Position numbers and translations under genes: made by a program
From: Mayamaea pseudoterrestris
Lineage: Eukaryota
Length of the DNA stretch: 64,000 bases
Assembly (NCBI GenBank): GCA_027923505.1
Contig: BROI01000013.1
Location: forward strand, 434,001 to 498,000
Direction: 5' to 3'
Shown here: positions 1-9,418 of the stretch, piece after piece
How positions within the stretch are numbered: position 1 is the first letter of the stretch
Layout of the letters: each line of letters begins with the position of its first letter
Notes under the pieces: generated by a model
Told to the model about the DNA's origin: nothing
The model's database searches: none
Seen by the model: the letters and a program-made list of their open reading frames with translations, nothing else

Positions 1-466
1 TTTCAATGAAGGCATCGACAAGCTTGGATGTCTTAGCGACAAAGATGGAATCGTCCACAAAGCAACACATCACCAAGTTCTTTCCATAGAACAAACAAGG
101 ATCAAAGTAGCTTTGTTTCAGACCGAGCTTGATAAGGGCTGCCTTCAAATGCTCAAACCATAGCCGAGGGGCTACAGTCAATCCGTAAAGACTCTTTAGG
201 AGGCGCAAACACATGCCGGAGCCTTTACTCGTGTGAAAACCTCGAGGGAGATGGATCCACACTGGGTCATGGAGCTCGGCTTGGACAAATGCACTGGCAA
301 AATCCGTGGAGCAAGCATACCAGTTAAGGTTAAGGGCTAGAATCAACATCAATCGGATGGTCGACCATGCCACAACTGGTGCGTATGTTTCAAAGTCGCC
401 TTCTTGCAGATCACCTCGAACGCAGTAGCGAGCTTTGTACTTCTTAATTGTCCCATCTGGGGAGCG
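1..466 (-). pseudogene. Reverse transcriptase domain (copia type) continuing in a shifted frame, not in the ORF track
   Basis: Manual translation from 466 leftwards: RSPDGTIKKYKARYCVRGDLQ...TYAPVVAWSTIRL...DFASAFVQA...LLKSLYGLTVAPRLW...DPCLF...CCFVDD (FVDD at 50-61); open to the window edge. Confidence 0.93.
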
Positions 467-3400
467 CCAAAAGTACCTGGAAGAATTTTGGTCTTGGCTT
501 CCGACTTGGGGACTTCAGTCCATGTGCCTTTGGACTCCAACGATTGAATCTCCTTCTCGGCGGCAGCTTGCCAATGCTTTACATGAGCATGATCAGCCAT
601 GGCTTGATCCCAAGTTAAAGTATCTGGATCCGATGCAGCAGCCTTGTAGAGGGCTGGAGCAGCAATATTAAAAGCAGCAAAGTAGGAGACGAAACTGGCG
701 TCACAAACTGACTCGATTTGGGCTCCGGAGGCATCGTAAGAGAGGCGGGACGGCTTCTTAGAGGCACGACTGGAACGACGAGTACTTGGCGTAGCTGTTG
801 GAGCTGTAGGATTCTCCCTCGGAGACTCATTGTTGGAGACCGAAGATGGCGATGGATCAGCCGGCAGCTCCCTCGGAGGCGAAGATTCTGCTTGCACTTC
901 AATTGGAAGCTCCCTCGGAGACTCGGGCTCCCTCGCTTGGGCAGGCTCTTGGCTTGGTGCCGACGAAGGCGGCGCTGGCAACTCAGGAGGAGGAGGGACT
1001 TGCAAATCTCGAGGAGGAGCATGGCGCTCAAAAGCATCCCGAACGGCATCCGCTCGAGTGGAGACGGCAGGCTCAGCCTCGAATTCAGCAGAAGCAATGG
1101 CTTCATCTTCATCATCCAATGGGATATACTGAAGAGACGTGTTTCCAAAGAGATTATACCACTCAGTGGAGGCAAAATCCGGCATTTGCGACTCAGTTAC
1201 AGCCACAGTGGCAAACCAATCATCAAAGACGACGTGAAACTGCGGCGTAATGGCGCCCGAGTGCGGATTTAAAACCAAAGGAACGGAGCTAGCATGGGCT
1301 TCACTCATTCCAACAAAGATGCAGCGATGGGACCGCGGCTGCCAGCGGGGCAACTTGTGGCCGTCCGATATCGTTTTATCAAGAACATACACTGGAGACC
1401 CCCAAACGTGTAAGTCATGGAACTTGGAATGGGGCCATCGAGTGCGAGTAAAGATATCTTGGGGAGAAAGGCCGCTCTGTAGATTAGGGACCTTGTTCCA
1501 AAGATACACGGCATGCTTGGTGACCATGGGCCAAAGTGAAACATCGGCGACATCGGGCCAATGGATCTTAGCATGCATCAACATGGCGCGCGAAATAGAC
1601 ATAATGGTCTGTATGCAGCGCTCGGCAATCCCATTATGATGGTGAGCGCCGACTCCAGCAAGCGCACTGACTTGATGGAAAGTTGTAAGATGCTTGGAGA
1701 AGCCTTGTGACGTAAAGGCACCACCATTGTCGGAGAGATACTTGAGGGGAATGACTCCAACATCACGGCAGAACAACTCGAAAGCTTCTTTAGATCTTAA
1801 TGTATCATCCGTATTTAAATGCTGTTGCAGCTCAAGATGAACGTAGCCGGATGCATGATCAACAAACACACAACCGCCAGTGTTCATGGCAGTTTCCTTT
1901 GTCTTGCCACGCGAGGAGAAAAGGCGTCCTTTTGTAGAGCAAACAAAGTGATCAACGGAGATGCGCTGGCCTGGGAGAAGGTTGTCTCGGCGCAAAGCAT
2001 CAACTCGGTCTTTAACAACTTTGGTTGTTTGACCAGGAGAGGAACGCACTCGCTGCTTGGCATACATGCAGGCGGTGCACTTGGGGCATGGCTGCAAAGT
2101 TGCGCAAGCTCTATGGAGACGGCGTGCCGACTCAGAATTAGCAAGCGTTCCACCACGCATTAGAAACTGAATGGTTTTAAAGTTCAAATGGCCAAGACGG
2201 AAATGCCAACGGAGCAATTCCTTTTCAGCCTCAGACAAGTTGGTATTCGAGCTGGCGACGGTGGAGCTTTGGCTTGGCGGTGGTCTTGGCTCACGGCGAG
2301 GGCGTCTGGTGGGCGCACTTGCTCCTCCATCACTTGGAGGACCATCGGCTGGCGGTGGACCGCGCGGCGGCTGCTGAGCAGGAGCTGGACCAGGACCAGG
2401 ACCAGGCGGAGGCAAAGGCGCCTCGCCAGCACTGTAAGAACTTGGCATGCCACTGAGATCGTATGCGATAGCAGTCGGCAAGTTGGTAAGAGGATCAATT
2501 GGAGCCTCAACACCATCATTCGTTATAGAGCCATCCTTGTGGACTCGCTCCACAGAACCGCTCAAGTAGATAGCTCGGCGATCGGCATATATAACTTCAT
2601 TTGGATACTGTTGCAGCAATCCTGGCATACTCAACAGACGCACTTTGGCCTCAGGAATCCAGTATGCTGGAACCTTTACCGTGCGAAGCATGCCTCCATT
2701 GTCAAGAAAGCTCCAGGCGACAAACCCTTTGCCTTTAACTCGACCATCTTTGAAGAGACCATTCAAACGAACACTTGGCGCTGGCTGAATGGGGCCAACA
2801 AAGTCGTCGCGGCTTGGCGAAATGGAGATGCTTGCTCCTGAATCCCAGATTACTGGCAGCATCTTGTCCTTCTCCTTGCACGGTGGTGCTGGCGGGGACT
2901 TGCGATATTTATTGTTAAAGAGAGATTGGCTCAATGTTGGTATATTCGGCTGGGCAGATTCCAAGTGGGACGCTTGGTAGGCTTCTCCAAAATCGTCGAA
3001 ATCTGAAAAATCCCCAAACACAACAGACGCAAACACCTCTTGTGGCATTGGATCAATTGATTGAATTGAAGCTTGCGGCACTGGTGGAGGCAAAGGCGTT
3101 GGCGCCTTGTCAGTTTTAAAGCGGAACGGTTGACGCCGACTGGCTTGCCGCTCCCGATCTGCATGAGCTCTACTGAAGTAGGTGACTCCATCAGGCGTTG
3201 TAATCAATGGATCATTACGCCAGTGATCATTACGCCAGTCTCGATTGCGAATCCGATGGCGCTCTTCATATTGATAAAGAAGCGTATCATTTAGCCATGC
3301 GTTCCAATCTTCCTCTTGGGCGCGAAGGCGGTCACTGATTATATTCTCGTAAGCCTCATTAACTTGATTGGCAGCTTGAGCTTGTCGAAAGGTTGAACGG

Positions 3401-6400
3401 AGAGCCTCAGCGCGAGCATTAATTACCAAGGGCGGAGCAACGGCAACTGCGTGGGCAGTCCGAGGGCGCCATGGTTGGTCGCGAGCTGGGCGACGGCGCG
3501 GCACTTGGCTTTGGTCTGGGCCTTGGCGAGGACGCTGGCGATGGCGCTGCGCTTGGTTTGGACTTGGGCGTGGGCGCTGTCCATGGTTTCGACCATTGCG
3601 ATGATGCTGCTGAGCACGGTTTCTTGGTTGGACTCGAGCTGGGCCTCGTCTTCGAGCATGCAAATGCCATGGTTCTCCCTCGTTGGAAGGCAACCTGCAT
3701 AAAATGGCGCGCAAGAAGGCAAGGAACTTGGCTTGGAGACGCAAAAACCAAGGGATTACCCGCTTCCGAAACCGACGGAGACGGTGAAACCGATGGAATA
3801 AGAAACGGAACCGTTGGAACCTTGAAACAGAGCGACGATTGCGGCGATCTTGATGGATATAGGCGCGACGATGGCGTCGATCCGAATGCCGAGGAGGCTT
3901 TGCAGGTGGCTTCCAAAATATCAAGGCAATGGCGACACTAGTGAGCGTCAACCAAAGGATCCCAGGCACCATCAAACGCCAATGATGGTAAATCAAACGG
4001 CCGATGACATGGACAAGAGAAAGGCTCTCGCAACCAACTGTCATGATGGAATGGCCAAGTTGATCAGCCAAATGGAGACTCTCGCCAAGGGCGGCTGTTG
4101 TATTGGCAAACTGCTGGGCCACAGCAGCATGCAAAGCCTGAGTCTCAGTTGCGTTATTGGAACGAACAAGAGATGAAACAGTTCGAGTCACAGTGAAGAA
4201 TGCCTCACTTAAAGTCGAATGGCTCACAGGCAGGGTTGAAGCTGGGCGCTTAACCAATCGAGCTGCTGAGCACGAATTCACCAAGCAAATCAATCCAATC
4301 ATAAGCACAAATGAAAGTGCACTTGGAGAGAGACTGCGAGAGCGACGGTAAAGCACCTTGTTTGGCTTGGTAGGGCGCTTGGCAGATGGCTCGGAGCTGG
4401 GGCTCGAAGGAGGCGTCCAGGCTGGGGCAGCAGGATTCAACTTAGCAATCTTTGCAGGGGGAGCGTTAACACCACTTGCAAGCTCCCTCGCTTGAATAGC
4501 TGCATTCCGAGCAAACTGCACATCAGACTCATAGCGATCATCACTAGGAGAGCGCTCAATATTGCAGAGCTTGGCGACAATGGCCGCTGGCGTATGCTCA
4601 TCAATGATCATTGGATCATCGGCAACAATGGAAGCAATGGCATCCTCGCCGTCCACCATGGCAGACGCAATCTCGTCAATGACAGCTTCTTCACCTTCTT
4701 CAAGAGAACAATCGTCATTGGCTAAAGCAAGGGCTTTGGCGTCAGCGGCGGCTTGGGCGCAAGCTGATGGATCCTCGATAGCTAGATAGGCAGCTGGCGT
4801 ATCAAACCAAGCAAGATGACCACCATTGGGAGCAGCAGCCGGAGCAGATTTACTTCCAGTGTGCTCGTCAGTGCCATGGTTAAGTTGCCACTTGTTGCAA
4901 TGCGCGCACCAATGGTAGGTCTTTCCTCCCTTTTCAATGGTAGATGGCTGCGATGCTGAAGGAGCAATTCGCCGCCATGGCGCATGGTAGTGATGGACAT
5001 TGTCAATGGCCTTTGACGAAGCACCATTTCCACTCTTTGGAGCAGTCTTGGCCTTCCCTTTTCCATTTCCTTTGGGAGCGCCGCGCTTGTTGCTAGTTTT
5101 CACGGTCGTTGCCTGTGGGCAATCGCGCTGAAAATGGCCGGTCTTATGGCAAATGTGACAAGTCTTCTCCTCCTTTGCTCCCCTTCCGTTTGCCTTGGCT
5201 TTGTCAAGTTGAACAACGCCTCCAAAGGCGGGCGGAATGGCAGTCTTGTCGCGCGGATTCTTGGCGGGAACCCAGTCATTGGCCGCATGAATCTGGCGGT
5301 AAGCAGTATTAGCTACCTGCGCCAAATCCTTTAATGTTAGATGCTCACGCGTCATGTAAGCATCCTGATCCGTTGGAGTCATATTCGAGCAAGCTTTCAA
5401 GCCAATGACATGCTTAGCTTTCCAAGCTTTCATTTCGTCAATGAACTCCTCGCCGCCAGTGTTTTCAAGGCAGCGCTTGCCTCCTGCTTGGAGAAGGTTT
5501 TTCAACACTTTGGTGGTCAGGGAATGCGGATACTGACCCGCATTAATTAATGGCTTTGCTTTGATAATAAGCGCATCCATGTAGGTGGTAATGTTTTGGC
5601 CTGGCTCCGCTTGCGGCTTGTAGGCGGCGACTTCTTGTTCCACTTTCAAGTACCAGTCGCGGGATTGGTGAAGAATCATCTCCATTACTTGGAAATAGAC
5701 GACACAGAAGCTATCCTGGGCGCTAGCGCTGGTATAATGATCCAGGCGCGTGCGAAGCTCCTCGTTGCACGAATTCTTGAAGAATCTAATGAGATCCTTG
5801 TCGTTGCCGCGATCATATTCGTCGTAGCTGGCGACGAAAGGAGCAATGGCTTCCTTGACCGACTCAATGCTCTCAAACAGCGAATAATATTGAAGGAAAT
5901 TAACCAACTTGGTCTTGGTTGGATCGCGCGGGTCGATGACGTAACAATATGTGTCGTTGCCACAGAGCTCCGCCTGTTCCTTAAAGAGCATTTGTTGATG
6001 CTGCAAGTTGCATGTCAACGTAAACTTCGTTGGAAGTCCTTTCTGCCGCTCTTGTTGCTTTGAATCGTTCAAGGGACGAAGCATCAACGAGTTGCTTGGC
6101 TTGGCTCCGTCGGCGACTGGCTTTTCCAATCCCGACCAATCCACATTTGGTGGACCGCCGCCCATGCATGCCGCTCGCTCCTTGGTGGAGATTTGGACGA
6201 CAGTGCCCATGATGGGTTTGTTTGGCGTGTACACTTGGACAGGTGCGCGATGCTGACGTAGCATCTCTTTGGCGATTTCGGAATCCATGTGTTTGGCGAT
6301 GGCTTCGATTCGTCGGTCACGCGCGGCTTCTTCCATCGCCTGACGAACGGCGTCATCGATGGCAGCCTGCTGCTCTTGCTTGGCTTTGAGCTGAGCAGCA

Positions 6401-6606
6401 ATCTTCATCCGCTGCTGTTGTTCGTTATACAGCTGGCGAATTTCATCCTCGGCGTCTCGCTCAGCTTGGGTGAGCTTGGCGCGTCGTTCACGTTCCACCC
6501 GATTGATCATTTCGGTTCGCTGGACTTCGGCAGCTTGTAGGAGCGTGCGCTGGTCATCCGTCAACTGGACGGGAGGCCGTGGTGGTGTTGGCGTTCCTGG
6601 CGCCAT
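349..6606 (-). CDS. Gag-PR-IN(-start of RT) polyprotein with a large internal membrane-type insert; last ~40 codons are out of frame after a lesion at ~470
   Basis: Zn knuckle CHICHKTGHFQRDC (5119-5160); second C/H motif WCAHCNKWQLNHGTDEH; protease VIWDSGAS (~2830-2853); pre-integrase LLRWHFRLGHLNF; integrase ISVDHF...SDNGGAF...NGIAERCIQ; RT start W..A..KEIQSLESKGTW. Confidence 0.95.
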   Translation of the reverse strand: MAPGTPTPPRPPVQLTDDQRTLLQAAEVQRTEMINRVERERRAKLTQAERDAEDEIRQLYNEQQQRMKIAAQLKAKQEQQAAIDDAVRQAMEEAARDRRIEAIAKHMDSEIAKEMLRQHRAPVQVYTPNKPIMGTVVQISTKERAACMGGGPPNVDWSGLEKPVADGAKPSNSLMLRPLNDSKQQERQKGLPTKFTLTCNLQHQQMLFKEQAELCGNDTYCYVIDPRDPTKTKLVNFLQYYSLFESIESVKEAIAPFVASYDEYDRGNDKDLIRFFKNSCNEELRTRLDHYTSASAQDSFCVVYFQVMEMILHQSRDWYLKVEQEVAAYKPQAEPGQNITTYMDALIIKAKPLINAGQYPHSLTTKVLKNLLQAGGKRCLENTGGEEFIDEMKAWKAKHVIGLKACSNMTPTDQDAYMTREHLTLKDLAQVANTAYRQIHAANDWVPAKNPRDKTAIPPAFGGVVQLDKAKANGRGAKEEKTCHICHKTGHFQRDCPQATTVKTSNKRGAPKGNGKGKAKTAPKSGNGASSKAIDNVHHYHAPWRRIAPSASQPSTIEKGGKTYHWCAHCNKWQLNHGTDEHTGSKSAPAAAPNGGHLAWFDTPAAYLAIEDPSACAQAAADAKALALANDDCSLEEGEEAVIDEIASAMVDGEDAIASIVADDPMIIDEHTPAAIVAKLCNIERSPSDDRYESDVQFARNAAIQARELASGVNAPPAKIAKLNPAAPAWTPPSSPSSEPSAKRPTKPNKVLYRRSRSLSPSALSFVLMIGLICLVNSCSAARLVKRPASTLPVSHSTLSEAFFTVTRTVSSLVRSNNATETQALHAAVAQQFANTTAALGESLHLADQLGHSIMTVGCESLSLVHVIGRLIYHHWRLMVPGILWLTLTSVAIALIFWKPPAKPPRHSDRRHRRAYIHQDRRNRRSVSRFQRFRFLFHRFHRLRRFRKRVIPWFLRLQAKFLAFLRAILCRLPSNEGEPWHLHARRRGPARVQPRNRAQQHHRNGRNHGQRPRPSPNQAQRHRQRPRQGPDQSQVPRRRPARDQPWRPRTAHAVAVAPPLVINARAEALRSTFRQAQAANQVNEAYENIISDRLRAQEEDWNAWLNDTLLYQYEERHRIRNRDWRNDHWRNDPLITTPDGVTYFSRAHADRERQASRRQPFRFKTDKAPTPLPPPVPQASIQSIDPMPQEVFASVVFGDFSDFDDFGEAYQASHLESAQPNIPTLSQSLFNNKYRKSPPAPPCKEKDKMLPVIWDSGASISISPSRDDFVGPIQPAPSVRLNGLFKDGRVKGKGFVAWSFLDNGGMLRTVKVPAYWIPEAKVRLLSMPGLLQQYPNEVIYADRRAIYLSGSVERVHKDGSITNDGVEAPIDPLTNLPTAIAYDLSGMPSSYSAGEAPLPPPGPGPGPAPAQQPPRGPPPADGPPSDGGASAPTRRPRREPRPPPSQSSTVASSNTNLSEAEKELLRWHFRLGHLNFKTIQFLMRGGTLANSESARRLHRACATLQPCPKCTACMYAKQRVRSSPGQTTKVVKDRVDALRRDNLLPGQRISVDHFVCSTKGRLFSSRGKTKETAMNTGGCVFVDHASGYVHLELQQHLNTDDTLRSKEAFELFCRDVGVIPLKYLSDNGGAFTSQGFSKHLTTFHQVSALAGVGAHHHNGIAERCIQTIMSISRAMLMHAKIHWPDVADVSLWPMVTKHAVYLWNKVPNLQSGLSPQDIFTRTRWPHSKFHDLHVWGSPVYVLDKTISDGHKLPRWQPRSHRCIFVGMSEAHASSVPLVLNPHSGAITPQFHVVFDDWFATVAVTESQMPDFASTEWYNLFGNTSLQYIPLDDEDEAIASAEFEAEPAVSTRADAVRDAFERHAPPRDLQVPPPPELPAPPSSAPSQEPAQAREPESPRELPIEVQAESSPPRELPADPSPSSVSNNESPRENPTAPTATPSTRRSSRASKKPSRLSYDASGAQIESVCDASFVSYFAAFNIAAPALYKAAASDPDTLTWDQAMADHAHVKHWQAAAEKEIQSLESKGTWTEVPKSEAKTKILPGTFGAPQMGQLRSTKLATAFEVICKKATLKHTHQLWHGRPSD

Positions 6607-6698
6607 GGTAACTCGAGTGTGATTAAAGCTTTGGCTTCTGTCTTAGTTGCTTGCTTGGGCGTGCACTCCCTTGGCAAGGCGACGAACAGAAGAACCGT

Positions 6699-6711
6699 GG
6701 GGCTCGTAACC
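6699..6711 (-). promoter_or_regulatory. Primer-binding site of the half-tRNA(iMet) type
   Basis: Minus strand GGTTACGAGCCCC closely resembles the GGTTATG(G/A)GCCC PBS of Drosophila copia and yeast Ty5, complementary to the tRNAiMet anticodon arm. Confidence 0.75.
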
Positions 6712-6713
6712 AG

Positions 6714-7020
6714 TGAAGATTTCCAGCGACAGCAATGGCTGCACTAGCAAATGCTTCTCACTCAATAGGATTGAATGGAGACTGTTATTAAGAGCAACAA
6801 CAAGAGCAAAGGACTCGAGTAATTGCAACTGCTACAACAACGAAGGCGTTGGTGATTAACTGAGAGGATTTAATTAACTGCTATTGATTTACCTCGCTCG
6901 CCCATCGTGGGCATCACGATTGCTCGTCCACGATGCCGTTGGGGCGTCAACTTACACATATAGTAAGAGAGGTGCTTGCACCTCGGTAGGAAGGTAGGAT
7001 ACACCTTCAACTTCGACTCA
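6714..7020 (-). repeat. Putative 5' LTR (~307 bp)
   Basis: Minus strand begins TGAGTC at the satellite junction and ends ATCTTCA 2 nt before the PBS (TGA...TCA termini); partner LTR is not in the window. Confidence 0.75.
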
Positions 7021-9418
7021 CCATGCCCTGACACTCCGCACATTCAACCAATGGTTGAATGTGCCAGCCCTGCTCCCATTTTGGCTGCAGGGATCATCAG
7101 CATTGCCTGCTGAGCCCTTCCATTTCTTTCCAATTGTGTTTGTTGTCAACGATGGGCCATAAGTTCATCAGTTGCACCTCAGCATCCATCACCGTGTACG
7201 CCATGGTGAGACTGAGCAGATCCAACAACTTGTTGGATCTGCTAGCGGTGCACCTCAAGTGGCAGGTGAGACTTCCAAAATGGTCTGCAGACCCCTTAAT
7301 ACAACCAATATGTACTTGAACAATGAATGGGACTCATTGACTTGTCCATCTGGGTGTGGAAGCCATCACCATGCCCTGAGACTCCGCACATTCAACCAAT
7401 GGTTGAATGTGCCAGCCCTGCACCCATTTTGGCTGCAGGTATCATCAGCATTGCCTGCTGAGCCCTCCAATTTCTTTCCAATCATGTTTGTTGTCAATGA
7501 TGGGCCATAAGTTGGTCAGTTCCACCTCAGCATCCATCACCAAGTACGCCATGGTGAGACTGAGCAGATTCAACAACTTGTTGGATCTGCTAGTGGTGCA
7601 CCTCAAGTGGCAGGAAAGACTTCCAAAATGGCCTGCATACCCCATAATACAACCAATATGTACTTGAACAATGAATGGGACTCATAGACTTGTCCATTTG
7701 GGTGTGGAAGCCATCACCATGCACTGAGACTCCGCACCTTCAACCAATGGTTGAAAATGCCAGCCCTGTGCCCATTTTGGCTGCAGGGATCATCAGCATT
7801 GCCCGCTGAGCCCTCCAATCTCTTTGAAATCATGTTTGTTGTCAGTGATGGGCCATAAATTGGTCAGTTGCACCTCAGCATCCATCACCATGTATGCCAC
7901 GGTGAGACTGAGCAGATTCAACAACTTGTTGGATCTGCTAGCGGTGCACCTCAAGTGGCAGGTGAGACTTCCAAAATGGCCTGCAGACCCCATAATACAA
8001 CCAATATGGACTTGAACAATGATTAGTACGCATAGACTTGTCCATTTGGGTGTGGAAGCCATCACCATGCCCTGACACTCTGCACATTCAACCAATGGTT
8101 GAATTTGCCATCCCTGCGCCCATTTTGGCTGCAGGGATCATCAGCATTGCCCGCTGAGCCCTCCAATCTCTTTCCAATCATGTTTGGTGTCAATGATGGG
8201 CTATAAGTTGGTCAGTTGCACCTCAGCATCCATCACTGTGTACGCCACAGTGAGACTGAGCGGATCCAACAACTTGTTGGATCTGCTAGCGGTGCACCTC
8301 AAGTGGCAAGTGAGACTTTTAAATGGCCTGCAGACCCCATAATACAACCAATATCGACTTGAACAATGAATGGGATTCAAAGATTTGTCCATTTGGGTGT
8401 GGAAGCCATCACAATGCCCTGAGACTCTGCACATTCAACCAATGGTTGAATGTGCCAGCCCTGCACCCATTTCGCTGCAGGGATCATCAGCATTGCCTGC
8501 TGAGCCCTCCAATCTCTTTCAAATCATTTTGTTATCAATGATGGCCCATAAGTTGGTCAGTTGCGCCTCAGCATCCATCACCGTGTACGCCACAATGAGA
8601 CTGAGCAGATCCAACAACTTGTTGGATCTGCTAGGGGTGCACCTCAAGTGGCAAGTGAGACTTCCAAAATGGCCTGCAGACCCCATAATAGAACCAATAT
8701 GGACTTGAACAATGATTAGTACGCATAGACTTGTCCATTTGGGTGTGGAAGCCATCACAATGCCCTGAGACTCTGCACATTCAACCAATGGTTGAATGTG
8801 CCAGCCCTGCGCCCATTTGGCTGCAGGGATCATCAGCATTGCCTGCTGAGCCCTCCAATCTCTTTCAAATCATGTTTGTTGTCATTGATGGGCCATAATT
8901 CGGTCAGTTGCTCCTCAGCATCCATCACCATGTACGCCACGGTGAGACTGAGCAGATCCAACAACTTGTTGGATCTGCTAGTGGTGCACCTCAAGTGGCA
9001 AGTGAGACTTCCAGAATGGCCTGCAGACCCCATATTACAACCAATATGGACTTGAACAATGATTAGTACGCATAGACTTGTCCATTTGGGTGTGGAAGCC
9101 ATTGCGATGCCCTGAGACTCCGCACATTCAACCACTGGTTGAATGTGCCAGTCCTGCACCCATTTTGGCTGCAGGGATCATCAGCATTGCCCGCTGAGCC
9201 CTCCCATTTCTTTCCAATTGTGTTTGTTGTCAATGATGGGCCATAAGTTGGTCAGTTGCACCTCAGCATCCATTACCGTGTACGCCATGGTGAGACTGAG
9301 CAGATCCAACAACTTGTTGGATCTGCTAGCGGTGCACCTCAAGTGGCAAGTGAGACTTCCAATATGGCCTTCAGACCCCTTAATACAACCAATATGGACT
9401 TGAACAATGAATGGGACT
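7021..9418. repeat. Tandem satellite A: 348-bp unit, ~6.9 copies; each unit is a dimer of diverged ~174-bp subunits
   Basis: Unit starts at 7021, 7369, 7717, 8065, 8412, 8758, 9105 (period 346-348). Confidence 0.97.

Larger units (their letters stand above)
1..7020 (-). mobile_element. Ty1/copia LTR retrotransposon (diatom CoDi-like); 3' part (rest of RT, RNase H, 3' LTR) lies outside the window
   Basis: Minus-strand order LTR - PBS - Gag (CCHC) - protease - integrase - RT is the copia domain order. Confidence 0.96.

Noticed and set aside
465..476. Programmed -1 frameshift at ACTTTTGG
   Set aside because: No X XXY YYZ heptamer, and conserved RT residues are missing, so a deletion is the simpler explanation
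6900..7010. Short inverted repeats in the LTR (CATCGTGG/CCACGATG, AGGTGC/GCACCT)
   Set aside because: Arms of 6-8 bp with no comparative support for function
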